A DNA stretch of 38,469 bases from Anaerolineae bacterium (lineage in GTDB: Bacteria > Chloroflexota > Anaerolineae > Aggregatilineales > J027), in the NCBI GenBank assembly GCA_050303635.1, contig JBNLCD010000003.1, forward strand, positions 1-38,469, given 5' to 3'. The notes under the pieces were generated by a model. The model had not been told where the DNA came from and made no database searches. It was given only the letters and a program-made list of their open reading frames with translations. Shown piece by piece: positions 1 to 8,674 of the stretch; within the stretch, counting starts at the first letter, position 1; every line of letters starts with the position of its first letter. The translations under genes were made by a program, and so were the position numbers.

Positions 1-2
1 AT

Positions 3-323
3 ACTGACAGTGTTACCAGTGTTACATTTAGCCCTAACGGTCAGACTATTGCCTCCGGATCTGCTGATGGTACAGTTATCTGGTGGAATATTATGACCGG
101 CGAAGCTCTACGTATCTTTTCGGGTCATACCAATGATGTTACAAATGTTGCATTTAGTCCTGACGGCCAGACCATTGCGTCAAGCTCTAAGGATAAAACT
201 ATTATTTTATGGAATGCTAGTAATGTAAGAACAATGCTAGATTGGGTTTACAAAAATCGAGAAATACGTGAATTGACGTGTATAGAACGCCAAAGATTTA
301 ATTTAGACTTGTTATGTAATTGA
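3..323 (+). CDS. WD40-repeat protein, C-terminal part (gene starts upstream of window)
   Basis: Frame is open from base 3: TDSVTSVTFSPNGQTIASGSADGTVIWWN then GHTNDVTNVAFSPDGQTIASSSKDKTIILWN, two canonical WD40 repeats. Confidence 0.9.
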   Translation, partial: TDSVTSVTFSPNGQTIASGSADGTVIWWNIMTGEALRIFSGHTNDVTNVAFSPDGQTIASSSKDKTIILWNASNVRTMLDWVYKNREIRELTCIERQRFNLDLLCN

Positions 324-600
324 TGTGATCATTCTCTCCATTAAAACTTATGATAGAATGATGATTGGAGGAAATACATCATATGGCAATACCAACCAAA
401 AATCACAGCTATTTTTATATGATGTCCAAATCAGCTACCGCAGGAATAATGTGCCGATAGCTTATTAGTGAATCTTCCTAAAAATTGACCTCGATAGGCT
501 ACCCCACCCGGTAGCTTTTTTGATTCCTTATCTCTTATCCATATTTAGATGCGATGCTGAGTGAAAGCATCCATCTCAATCAAATTATCGAGGAGCTAAG

Positions 601-1971
601 ATGTCCCTCTCGAACAAAAACTTCAAAATCTTTTTAATTATCTGGTTCGGCCAGTTGATTTCGCTGTTTGGCACCGGTATGACCCGCTTTGCGTTGATTA
701 TCTGGGCCTATCAACAAACGGGCAATGCGACAACATTGGCGCTTATGGGTGTATTTTCATTTGGCGCAATGGTTGTCGTCAGTCCCTTTGCGGGTGTGTG
801 GGTTGATCGTTTAGATCGCCGCTGGATTATGATCGGCGCGGATACGGGCGCGGGGTTCGCTACAATGGGTTTACTCGCCTTATATAGCGCCAATCAGCTT
901 GAAATCTGGCATTTGTATGTCGCGCAATTGGTCATCGGTAGCTTAGATGCTTTCCAGAGTCCCGCTTATATTTCACTGACCAGTGTTCTTATGCCCAAGC
1001 AACACTATACACGGGTGAATGGTCTACGCTCATTAGCAAGCTCCCTCTCTGAGGTTTTAGCACCAATGTTTGCGGGAGCATTCTTGGTGGCGATTGGCAT
1101 TGCCGGTGTCATGTGGATTGATGTCATTACCTTTTTGGTCGCGGTCGGGTCGTTACTCATCATCCGTTTGCCTGAAATGAAGATTCAGTCAGATGAAGAT
1201 GAAGAATCTCAGGAAAAAGGTTTCTGGCAAGAACTCAGTTTTGGCTTCAAATATATTTATCGCGATAAAGGTCTGTTCTATCTGCTGATGATTTATGCCA
1301 ATATCAATTTCTTGGCCTCGTTAACCTACTATGGTGTGTTTCCGGCGATGGTTTTGGCGCGGACAGGCGGGGATGAACTCGCTTTAGCAACCGTGCAGGG
1401 GGCAATGGGCATCAGTGGGATTATTGGCGGGATTTTAGTCAGTACATGGGGCGGACCTAAGCGCAAAATCCACAATGTGTTGGGCGTAACAGCGTTATCA
1501 TTCTTGTTGGGCGACTTTCTCTTTGGTGTTGGCCAAAATCTCACGGTCTGGATGGTCGGAGCCTTGCTGGGCGTAACGCTGATTCCATTTATCACATCTG
1601 GCAATACAGCGATTTGGCAAGAAAAAGTTCCCCTCAATATCCAAGGACGGATTTTTGTGGTGCAAAATACGTTGCGTCTCGCCAGTATGCCGCTGGGTTA
1701 TTTGCTGGGTGGTTTACTAGCGGACTATGTTTTTGAACCAGCCATGATGCCGAATGGGGCATTGGCCGATACTTTTGGGTGGTTAGTTGGGACCGGCGCT
1801 GGTGCGGGTATGGGACTGATGTTTATCTGCACGGCAACTTTGGGAACGCTCACTGGACTAAGTGGATATCTCATACCTGTGGTGCGCAATGTGGAAGATA
1901 CGGCTGAGCAACGTGTCCTGAAAAACCTTGAAGTGCTCGATGAGAAGTTGAAGCCAGTTGGACTAGATTAG
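601..1971 (+). CDS. MFS transporter (MefA/DHA3 macrolide-efflux-like)
   Basis: 456 aa, about 12 hydrophobic segments, N-terminal FLIIWFGQLISLFGT, motif A-like GVWVDRLDRR, second-half QGRIF; RBS GAGGAG at about 590. Confidence 0.9.
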   Translation: MSLSNKNFKIFLIIWFGQLISLFGTGMTRFALIIWAYQQTGNATTLALMGVFSFGAMVVVSPFAGVWVDRLDRRWIMIGADTGAGFATMGLLALYSANQLEIWHLYVAQLVIGSLDAFQSPAYISLTSVLMPKQHYTRVNGLRSLASSLSEVLAPMFAGAFLVAIGIAGVMWIDVITFLVAVGSLLIIRLPEMKIQSDEDEESQEKGFWQELSFGFKYIYRDKGLFYLLMIYANINFLASLTYYGVFPAMVLARTGGDELALATVQGAMGISGIIGGILVSTWGGPKRKIHNVLGVTALSFLLGDFLFGVGQNLTVWMVGALLGVTLIPFITSGNTAIWQEKVPLNIQGRIFVVQNTLRLASMPLGYLLGGLLADYVFEPAMMPNGALADTFGWLVGTGAGAGMGLMFICTATLGTLTGLSGYLIPVVRNVEDTAEQRVLKNLEVLDEKLKPVGLD

Positions 1972-2010
1972 TTAGGGCGAATCAAGGTTTAAGGTTTAGA
2001 CAAAATATAA

Positions 2011-2045
2011 CTCCCTCTCCAGTCTGCTCAAGCATGGAAAGGGAG
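2011..2045. repeat. REP-like imperfect palindrome
   Basis: CTCCCTCTCCA (2011-2021) ... TGGAAAGGGAG (2035-2045) between convergent genes. Confidence 0.4.
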
Positions 2046-2061
2046 CTCAGAATACTCCAAT

Positions 2062-2100
2062 AAAATGCCCCGCCCGCCTCAAGTAGCGGGGTATTTTTTT
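2062..2100. terminator. Probable bidirectional intrinsic terminator
   Basis: AAAATGCCCCGC / GCGGGGTATTTT stem with A-run before and T-run after, between convergent genes. Confidence 0.7.
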
Positions 2101-2104
2101 AAAC

Positions 2105-2872
2105 CTATTCCACGACCGTGACTTTATCCGCAGGCACCCAGACCAAACTTGCGCCATTGCCAATAAAGATTTGATACCAGAGCCGTCCATCAATTTCAGT
2201 ACTGCTCATGACAAGATATGTGTCAAATCCGTTGCCGTCGTAGTCTTGGGGGAGCTTAAGTTCGTTGTTATTTGCATCTCGGACTACACTGCCACCCGCT
2301 GATTCATAGACAGGTTGAATTTGGCCTACACCAATAGAAATTAATCCAATTTGGGGCATTTGTTGAGAAGTCCCCAGCGATCCAAAATAAGGTACGCCTG
2401 CACAGCTTGGAATGTTACGTACATCATAACTAGAAGTAGCTAATAACGTCCCATTGGTCACTATCCAGTCAACATTTTCTTGTGTTGTATCCGTTCCAAA
2501 AGGAGAGCCTGACGGAGTATCGTAAATATACATTGTTACAGGTGAGGCATCGATTGGGTAGTTACTATCTCCACTCCCTATCTCAGTTTCTGTTGCGGTT
2601 ACAGGCGCACTTGCCGGATCTATGTCGATAAGATCACCGTCGCCATCTCGATAGATTTCATATACAAGATCAAGATTTCCACCTGTATCATCAATAACAC
2701 CCGTCAGTTCGTAGGTAAAGTTTACGCTTGAGGTAGCACATGTCCCACCATCCACGGGATCAATACTTGTAATTCCGCCGAACGAGGCCGCCCAGACTGA
2801 AGTATTTTGGCTTACGAATATTGTCGAAAACACAATAGACAAGCCTGTAATCAAAGTAAAAGAATGTTTCAT
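2105..2872 (-). CDS. Secreted hypothetical protein (tandem paralogue 1)
   Basis: Signal peptide ending SVWA/A; acidic beta-rich domain with two Cys; C-terminal domain ending WYQIFIG...VWVPADKV (SH3-like by inference). Confidence 0.85.
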   Translation of the reverse strand: MKHSFTLITGLSIVFSTIFVSQNTSVWAASFGGITSIDPVDGGTCATSSVNFTYELTGVIDDTGGNLDLVYEIYRDGDGDLIDIDPASAPVTATETEIGSGDSNYPIDASPVTMYIYDTPSGSPFGTDTTQENVDWIVTNGTLLATSSYDVRNIPSCAGVPYFGSLGTSQQMPQIGLISIGVGQIQPVYESAGGSVVRDANNNELKLPQDYDGNGFDTYLVMSSTEIDGRLWYQIFIGNGASLVWVPADKVTVVE

Positions 2873-2991
2873 CTTCCCTAACTCCCTATATTTTCATTTT
2901 ACAAATGTGTTTTTCTAGAAATGATGCCAATTGAAAAGAACAACAGCGCATCTTGCGGCAGAGCAACGCAGTATCCTGATTTCATCAAACC

Positions 2992-3771
2992 TTATTCCAC
3001 GATCGTGACGTTATCCGCTGGCACCCAGACCAAACTTGCGCCATCACCAATAAAGATTTGATACCAGAGGTGTCCATCAATTTCAGTACTGCTCATGACG
3101 AGATACGTATCAAACCCGTTTCCATCATAGTCTTGCGGGAGTCTGACCTCGTTGTTATCGGTATCACGGACTACGCTACCGCCCGCTGATTCATAGATAG
3201 GTTGAATTTGACCAACACTAATAGAAATTAATCCTATTTGGGGAGTTTGTTGAGAAACAGGAGAAGTCTCAAGCGATCCATAAGGTACGTCAGCACAACT
3301 TGGAATATTACGTACATCATAACTAGAAGTAGCTAATAATGTCCCATTGGCTAATACCCAATCAAGATTTTCTTGTGTTTCATCCATTCCAAATGGAGAG
3401 TTTGATGTGGTATCGTAAATATATAGAGTTACAGGCGAGACATCAATTGGATTTGGGTTGTCTCCATTCCCACTCGCCAGTTGGGGTCCGGTTGTGCCTA
3501 CAGTAGCACTTGCGTGATCTAGATCAATAAGATCACCATTGCCATCTAGATAGATTTCATATACTCGGTCGAGATTTCCACCCGTATCATCCGTGACACC
3601 CGTCAGTTCATAGGTGAAGTTTACACTTGAGGTAGCACATGCTCCATCATCTATGTGATAAACGCTTGTAAATCCGCCGAACGAGGCCGCCAAGACTGAT
3701 GTGTTTTGGCTTGCGAATACTGCCAAAAGCAGAATAGATAAGCCTGTAAGCAAAATAAATGTATGTTTCAT
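2992..3771 (-). CDS. Secreted hypothetical protein (tandem paralogue 2)
   Basis: Strongly similar to 2105-2872 along its whole length (e.g. CATSSVNFTYELTGV, NGTLLATSSYDVRNIPSCA, LPQDYDGNGFDTYLVMSSTEIDG). Confidence 0.85.
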   Translation of the reverse strand: MKHTFILLTGLSILLLAVFASQNTSVLAASFGGFTSVYHIDDGACATSSVNFTYELTGVTDDTGGNLDRVYEIYLDGNGDLIDLDHASATVGTTGPQLASGNGDNPNPIDVSPVTLYIYDTTSNSPFGMDETQENLDWVLANGTLLATSSYDVRNIPSCADVPYGSLETSPVSQQTPQIGLISISVGQIQPIYESAGGSVVRDTDNNEVRLPQDYDGNGFDTYLVMSSTEIDGHLWYQIFIGDGASLVWVPADNVTIVE

Positions 3772-3912
3772 CTTTCCTAACTCCCTATATTTTCATTTTG
3801 CAACTGTGTTTTCCCAGAAATGCTAGCAATCGAAAAAGAACAACTGCGCATATTGTTGCTGAAAAATCAAAAGCTCCTTCTTTCGGCAGAGCAACACAGT
3901 GTTCTGATTTAA

Positions 3913-3957
3913 TCAAACCTGTTCCACGATAGTGACTTCATTTGCCAAAACACAGAC
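3913..3957 (-). pseudogene. Relic 3' end of a third paralogue
   Basis: Minus strand reads VCVLANEVTIVEQV*, versus VWVPADNVTIVE* and VWVPADKVTVVE* in the intact copies. Confidence 0.6.
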
Positions 3958-4400
3958 CTTGTCAGCCAGCTTCAGGCGCAGGTAGTTTGTGGTATGGATA
4001 CAAGTATTGCTTGTCTTACCTCCATTTTTGTTATAATGACTGAGGGAGCCTAAACACCTATCCATTAAGGATTGTCTCAATCAAACAATTAAGATAAAGC
4101 CTAATTAGCACTTTACTTATGACGTTAATGGTAGGCAAAGCATATTCACCTTACAATCACCCAAAAGTAGTATATTGAGGGGGGGGTAGTTGGGTGAAGA
4201 TTCCATGAGGACAGTTGTAATATCCCCTTGTATTAGTTTTTAGAAGAATCATCCGTTCCCTTAAAGAAGCAAAATTAAGCGCTTCTATGGGATCGATAAA
4301 CCCTCTTTTTTGCTAAGAGAAGGGCTGAAGTAGGGTTTTAAGAGACAAATTTTAGCCCATTGGGGAAGTCTTACGTATTCAAATAAATAGGGTTGTTTAA

Positions 4401-6779
4401 ATGGCTGAAGTTGAACAGAACACACAACAGAGATTATTGACAAATCGCGAATCTGAAGTACTGACCCTGGTGGCACAAGGTTTAAGTAATCAGCAGATTG
4501 CTGACGTGTTGTTTATCAGCGTCAATACAGTTAAGGAACATCTTAAAAATATTTTTGCCAAGTTTGAAGTGAAGAAACGCACAATGGCAGTGATACGTGC
4601 CCGCGAAATGGGATTATTAAAAAACATCTTACCAAAGACTTCTACGGAAACAGCTAAAGGTAGCTTACCGTTTATGGTAATGCCGCTGATTGGACGGGAA
4701 AAAGAACTAGCCGAAGCAACCAACCTTCTCAATCAGCCGGATGTGCGTTTAATGACCATTCACGGGTCAGGGGGAACTGGTAAAACTCATTTTGCGCTTG
4801 AATTGGCCCATCGCCAGCGAAAACATTTTGCCGATGATGCTTATTTTGTGTCTGTGGGATCTCTTACATCATCCGTATTTTTGCCGTCTGCTTTAGCGCA
4901 TGCATTAGACTACCGCTTTGCGGACCAATCGAACCCCATTCAATCTCTCTTACATTATATTAAAAATAAAAATATCTTGTTGGTCATCGACTGTTTTGAA
5001 CATCTGTTAGATGGTGCTTCATTTTTTGGCGATATCTTATCCTCTGCGCCTAATATAAAAATAATTGTTACTTCACGCGCACGATTGAATATTTTTAGTG
5101 AAGTGATTTTTAGGCTAGATGGTATTGATTTTCCTGAACAAGCTGGAGGGCATGATGTAGCGGAACATGGCGCTGTTCAACTATTTTTGCGGAGCGCTGA
5201 GCGAACACACCATAACTTCAAGCCCTCGCCAAGGGATTTGCAAAATATTGCGCGTATTTGCCAAGTTGTGCAAGGGATACCGTTAGGAATATTGCTGGCT
5301 ACATCTTGGTTGGACACACTTTCTACCGGCGATATATTGGCAGAACTGGAAATCAATTCACAAGCGTTAGATTCTGCGATGCTGGATGCTATTTTCCAGC
5401 ATCAAAGTTTAGATTATGTTTTTGAGCGGTCGTGGCAACTTTTGGATACAGAACAAGCTGAAGTGTTAATGAAATTAGCCGTATTTAGGAATAATTTCAC
5501 TCGAGAAGCCGCCACTGAAATTGCAAATGCAACATTATCTCACTTAAAAGTTCTAGTTAACAAATCTATGCTCCAAGTTGATGCCCTAACAGGCACCTAT
5601 TATCTCCATGAGCTATTTCGTCAAAACGCATTTACCCGCTTAGTTGATAATGATCTTGCAGATATAACGCATCAAGCACATTTCAATTATGTTAAGCAAT
5701 GTATCCTTGATGCGGATAATGACCAAACCCTTATGCCCTTAATTGATGATGTTCGTCAAGCTTTAGACTGGGGTATCACTCAGAAACCTGCTGAGGAAAT
5801 GTTCACCATTTGTCATAAATTATCCAAATTTTGGAGTTATGCAGGTTATATGCAAGAAGGTTTGGACTGGATTTCTCAAATTTTAGCAATAGCAGAAAAC
5901 ATATCTGATGAAAAACGAGCATGGGCCTTACATGACGCTGGAATTTTTGCATTTACCCTAGGTGAAATGGAATTGTGTCGTAAGTATGCCGAAAAAAGTT
6001 ATGCTTTAACAAAAAATTTGGATAATGAAGATCTCCGCTTTAAAGTAATCCTGCATTTAGTTAATCTCGAAACCTTTGAAACTAATTATGCTAAAGCTGA
6101 GGAAATTGCCCAAGAGATGTTGGCCATTAGTCGTGAGCAAGAAAATTTGTTATATGTGGCGCAGGCTCTAACTACACTGGGAATAACAGCCTCAGAACAG
6201 CAAAATTATGAGCAAGCGATTATCTACAATGAAGAATCTCTCGAAATAGCTGAAAAGATTGATGATAAGAAAGCCCTAAGCTCTATATCTACTAACTTGG
6301 GGACATTGTTTCTCAAGCTAAGTGATTATGAAATGGCGGATAGTTATTTCAAGAAAGCATTGGCTATTGCCTATGACATTGGCAATTTATTAGGTCAAGC
6401 CATTATTTTAGCCAATCGAAGTGAAGTGGCTTTTTACCAAGCTGATTATGATAAGGCAAATCAATTTGGGGTAGATAGTTTACGAATATCCCATCAGATT
6501 GGTTTTAAAGCAGGTATTGCCCATCAACTAGAAATGTTAGCAAATATTGAAGCAGTACATAGCAAACCTGAATATGCCACACAATTATATGGGGTGGCCG
6601 AAGTATTGCGTGAAACTATTAATTTCCCACTCTCGCCCCGTGAACAAAAGGACTATGACAATTTGGTAAGTATTATCCGCGAACAGATGACTGCTCATGA
6701 TTTTGAGATAGCATGGCAATCCGGTAGAGAAACATCTTTAACGGATGTTTTAGCATCTTTAATTGATTTAGAGAGATAA
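4401..6779 (+). CDS. LuxR-HTH / STAND (NB-ARC-like) ATPase / TPR transcriptional regulator
   Basis: N-terminal LTNRESEVLTLVAQGLSNQQIADVLFISVNTVKEHLKNIFAK; LIGREKEL; Walker A GSGGTGKT; LLVIDCFEHL; C-terminal TPR-like repeats. Confidence 0.92.
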   Translation: MAEVEQNTQQRLLTNRESEVLTLVAQGLSNQQIADVLFISVNTVKEHLKNIFAKFEVKKRTMAVIRAREMGLLKNILPKTSTETAKGSLPFMVMPLIGREKELAEATNLLNQPDVRLMTIHGSGGTGKTHFALELAHRQRKHFADDAYFVSVGSLTSSVFLPSALAHALDYRFADQSNPIQSLLHYIKNKNILLVIDCFEHLLDGASFFGDILSSAPNIKIIVTSRARLNIFSEVIFRLDGIDFPEQAGGHDVAEHGAVQLFLRSAERTHHNFKPSPRDLQNIARICQVVQGIPLGILLATSWLDTLSTGDILAELEINSQALDSAMLDAIFQHQSLDYVFERSWQLLDTEQAEVLMKLAVFRNNFTREAATEIANATLSHLKVLVNKSMLQVDALTGTYYLHELFRQNAFTRLVDNDLADITHQAHFNYVKQCILDADNDQTLMPLIDDVRQALDWGITQKPAEEMFTICHKLSKFWSYAGYMQEGLDWISQILAIAENISDEKRAWALHDAGIFAFTLGEMELCRKYAEKSYALTKNLDNEDLRFKVILHLVNLETFETNYAKAEEIAQEMLAISREQENLLYVAQALTTLGITASEQQNYEQAIIYNEESLEIAEKIDDKKALSSISTNLGTLFLKLSDYEMADSYFKKALAIAYDIGNLLGQAIILANRSEVAFYQADYDKANQFGVDSLRISHQIGFKAGIAHQLEMLANIEAVHSKPEYATQLYGVAEVLRETINFPLSPREQKDYDNLVSIIREQMTAHDFEIAWQSGRETSLTDVLASLIDLER

Positions 6780-6900
6780 ATAAAAAAATCCAGTCTTTCA
6801 CGGGGCTGAATGGTATCAAAGCTTATTATAAATTAGCTTTAGAGTGAATGTTGGGCAGTGATTTTCTATTGCTCAGTTTTATCTTTATGAAAAATTCCCT

Positions 6901-6935
6901 AAAAATAAAAAACAGGGTCAAAAATGACCCTGTTT
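6901..6935 (-). terminator. Intrinsic terminator after tRNA-Arg
   Basis: Perfect 11-bp stem AAACAGGGTCA-AAAA-TGACCCTGTTT (6910-6935), T-rich run on the minus strand. Confidence 0.8.
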
Positions 6936-6938
6936 GTG

Positions 6939-7012
6939 CGTGCCCGGAGGGACTCGAACCCCCGACCTATTGTTCCGTAGACAATCGCTCTAATCCACTG
7001 AGCTACGGGCAC
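6939..7012 (-). tRNA. tRNA-Arg(ACG)
   Basis: Minus strand GTGCCCGTAGCTCAGTGGATTAGAGCG-ATTGT-CT ACG GA-ACAAT-AGGTCGGGGGTTCGAGTCCCTCCGGGCACG; no encoded CCA. Confidence 0.96.
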
Positions 7013-7024
7013 TCAATAATGAAA

Positions 7025-7052
7025 AGTATACTGGCGTTTTAATCAATGTCAA
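7025..7052 (-). promoter_or_regulatory. Sigma70-type promoter of tRNA-Arg
   Basis: TTGACA (7052-7047), 16 bp spacer, TATACT (7030-7025) on the minus strand. Confidence 0.7.
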
Positions 7053-7104
7053 GACTAAAACCAAATTGTACGATAACAAAAACCGCCAGTTTCTTTGACG
7101 GAGA

Positions 7105-7644
7105 CTAGCGGCTCTTAAATTCTATGAATTTCTTCCAAGAAGCCGGTCCAGTCCCAACTTCGAGAACTAAATAGTTTGTTCTCGGTCTTCTGGGTTCCCA
7201 AAGGAGTTTCATACCTGCTTCACCTGGTAGACGACTGCCCTTCTTGCGATTACAAACATAGCAAGCACAAGCGGTATTTGTCCAAACATCTTTGCCGCCA
7301 CGTGAACGAGGCAAAATGTGGTCAATCGTCATATCGCTTTTGTTGAGTGGCTTGCCTTGAACCATGTCGCCCGGCTTACGTGAGCAATAAATACACACAT
7401 AATTGTCGCGGGTTAAAACAGCCCGCCGACTCCATGTTGCTTGGCGACGTGGCACGTTAATAAAAGTTTTCAGGGCAATAACGGACGGAATAGGAAAAAT
7501 TTCGTGCACACTACGTAAAACCTGCCCCGTTTGCTCAACAATGATTGCTTTGTTGGCTAGAAGCAGGTTGATGGCTCGTGGAATACTAATAATGTCTAGC
7601 GGTTCCCAAGTACTACCATTTAGGAGGAGAACTCTCCCGTGCAA
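7105..7644 (-). CDS. HNH endonuclease (McrA-like, zinc-binding)
   Basis: VLLLNGSTWEPL N-terminus; RDNYVCIYC; TIDHILPRSRGG..WTNTACACYVCNRKKG. Confidence 0.92.
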   Translation of the reverse strand: MHGRVLLLNGSTWEPLDIISIPRAINLLLANKAIIVEQTGQVLRSVHEIFPIPSVIALKTFINVPRRQATWSRRAVLTRDNYVCIYCSRKPGDMVQGKPLNKSDMTIDHILPRSRGGKDVWTNTACACYVCNRKKGSRLPGEAGMKLLWEPRRPRTNYLVLEVGTGPASWKKFIEFKSR

Positions 7645-7682
7645 GGTGGTTTATCCTTAATCTATTTGACCACTTACTTCAT

Positions 7683-7722
7683 ATTATACGGTATAGTGCT
7701 TGTTTGTACAAAATTGTACAAA
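7683..7722 (-). promoter_or_regulatory. Putative HNH promoter with an overlapping palindromic operator
   Basis: Minus strand TTGTAC (7711-7706), 17 bp, TATAAT (7688-7683); TTTGTACA-AAAT-TGTACAAA palindrome at 7703-7722 covers the -35. Confidence 0.5.
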
Positions 7723-7760
7723 TTAAATTATGGTTAAATATTTGAATCCTGTTAACCTAC

Positions 7761-7789
7761 TTGACTGACCTGTATTGAACCCTTATACT
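7761..7789 (+). promoter_or_regulatory. Sigma70-type promoter P1 of the HTH gene
   Basis: TTGACT, 17 bp, TATACT. Confidence 0.6.
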
Positions 7790-7832
7790 ATCAAAAAACA
7801 TCTACACCTAAATTACTATAAAATATTTGTTG

Positions 7833-7861
7833 TTGACAAGGGTTATAACATTTTGTATAGT
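7833..7861 (+). promoter_or_regulatory. Sigma70-type promoter P2 of the HTH gene
   Basis: TTGACA, 17 bp, TATAGT. Confidence 0.7.
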
Positions 7862-7887
7862 TTAGAATGGATTGGAGGATTACTCCG

Positions 7888-8121
7888 ATGAGTGCAACTG
7901 TAAAAGCTAGGCAGTCAGCAGAAGGGAAACCTGGTATTCAACCAAACGCTGTTTATTCCCGCAAGGAAGCGGCGCACGCTCTAGGTGTGAGTTTGAGTAC
8001 TTTGAAGAAACTTATAGACAATGGTTTTCTACAAGTTTCGCAACCTCCCGGTATGCGCCGTGTGTTCATCAAAGGTAGTAGCATCTTAAGTATGCTCGAC
8101 CAAACCATGTTGGACACGTAG
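7888..8121 (+). CDS. Small helix-turn-helix DNA-binding protein (HTH_17 / excisionase-like fold)
   Basis: YSRKEAAHALGVSLSTLKKLIDNGFL...RRVFI; GGAGG RBS at 7874-7878 favours ATG 7888 over 7867. Confidence 0.85.
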   Translation: MSATVKARQSAEGKPGIQPNAVYSRKEAAHALGVSLSTLKKLIDNGFLQVSQPPGMRRVFIKGSSILSMLDQTMLDT

Positions 8122-8160
8122 TTCGTTTTAGTCATTTTATTCGTTTGATCTAATGTAGAA

Positions 8161-8637
8161 AGTGGGGTCTGATGTCCCAATTTTATTCGATAGCCGAGGT
8201 AAATAAACTCCTCCCCAATGGTGCAGTATTGCCCATCCCAGGGATGAATCCGTTTACCGTAACTGGCCTAAGCGTGCTGAATAGCCACCCCGAAGCGGGG
8301 CTTAGCTATCCATTGCCCGCACCTGAGGGTGTAGCACGCAGTGACTCTGGCAACATGCTAGTAGTCAACCCAGATTGGCTTATCGAACGGGATGCCGCCG
8401 GATTTAACATTAACACCGGAGCAGGCCACGATAGAAACGTGGACATCAAGATTAGCAGTTTAACAAATGACTTTCGCCAAGATTTATCGCGACCCTACGC
8501 TGGCGTACCAGGGTGCAGGAGGATGCACGAGCGGCATAAAAACCGCCACTAACGCACACTGGTAATCGGTGAAGCCCAATATTCGGGGCGTAGGGTCTAA
8601 GTCATAGCGACAAAATCCTACGCCCCGATTTTTATTT
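8161..8637 (+). ncRNA. Putative large structured RNA / regulatory leader of unknown class
   Basis: Many nested long-range helices, one crossing helix pair (pseudoknot), G-U pairs mostly favouring the + strand, ending in a strong terminator; see findings. Confidence 0.65.
8583..8637 (+). terminator. Intrinsic terminator / attenuator
   Basis: TCGGGGCGTAGGG (8583-8595) / TCCTACGCCCCGA (8616-8628) followed by TTTTTATTT. Confidence 0.85.
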
Positions 8638-8674
8638 GGGTGTGGGTAACTTGAAAATTTAAGGTGTGACAACC

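Larger units (their letters stand above)
2101..3958. repeat. Tandem duplication: unit 1 about 2101-2986, unit 2 about 2987-3914, partial unit 3 about 3915-3958
   Basis: Genes and their upstream intergenic DNA are both repeated (CTCCCTATATTTTCATTTT...AAAAGAACAAC...CGGCAGAGCAAC...ATCAAACCT at 2882-2992 and 3781-3920). Confidence 0.85.

Noticed and set aside
6848-7042. 64-aa ORF (likewise 14454-14651)
   Set aside because: Both are antisense shadows of tRNA genes
7703-7722. TGTACA palindrome as a LexA box
   Set aside because: The GTAC half-sites are 6 bp apart, not the spacing of the GAAC-N4-GTTC box; kept only as a generic operator candidate
8172-8552. 126-aa ORF in the track
   Set aside because: No recognisable protein features and a weak RBS; it coincides with the densely base-paired element, which explains the sequence better. 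Not formally excluded.
8161-8637. Assignment to tmRNA, RNase P, SRP, OLE, or TPP/cobalamin/c-di-AMP/ykkC riboswitches
   Set aside because: Only short scattered resemblances (GCGTAGGG, TGCCCGCACCTG, GCTGAAT, CCACTAA); the required conserved cores or their order are missing. An Rfam search is needed to settle it.
7105-8637. IscB/HEARO-type RNA-guided nuclease (HNH plus structured RNA)
   Set aside because: The HNH protein is only 179 aa with no PLMP or RuvC segments, is transcribed away from the RNA, and no IS ends are visible
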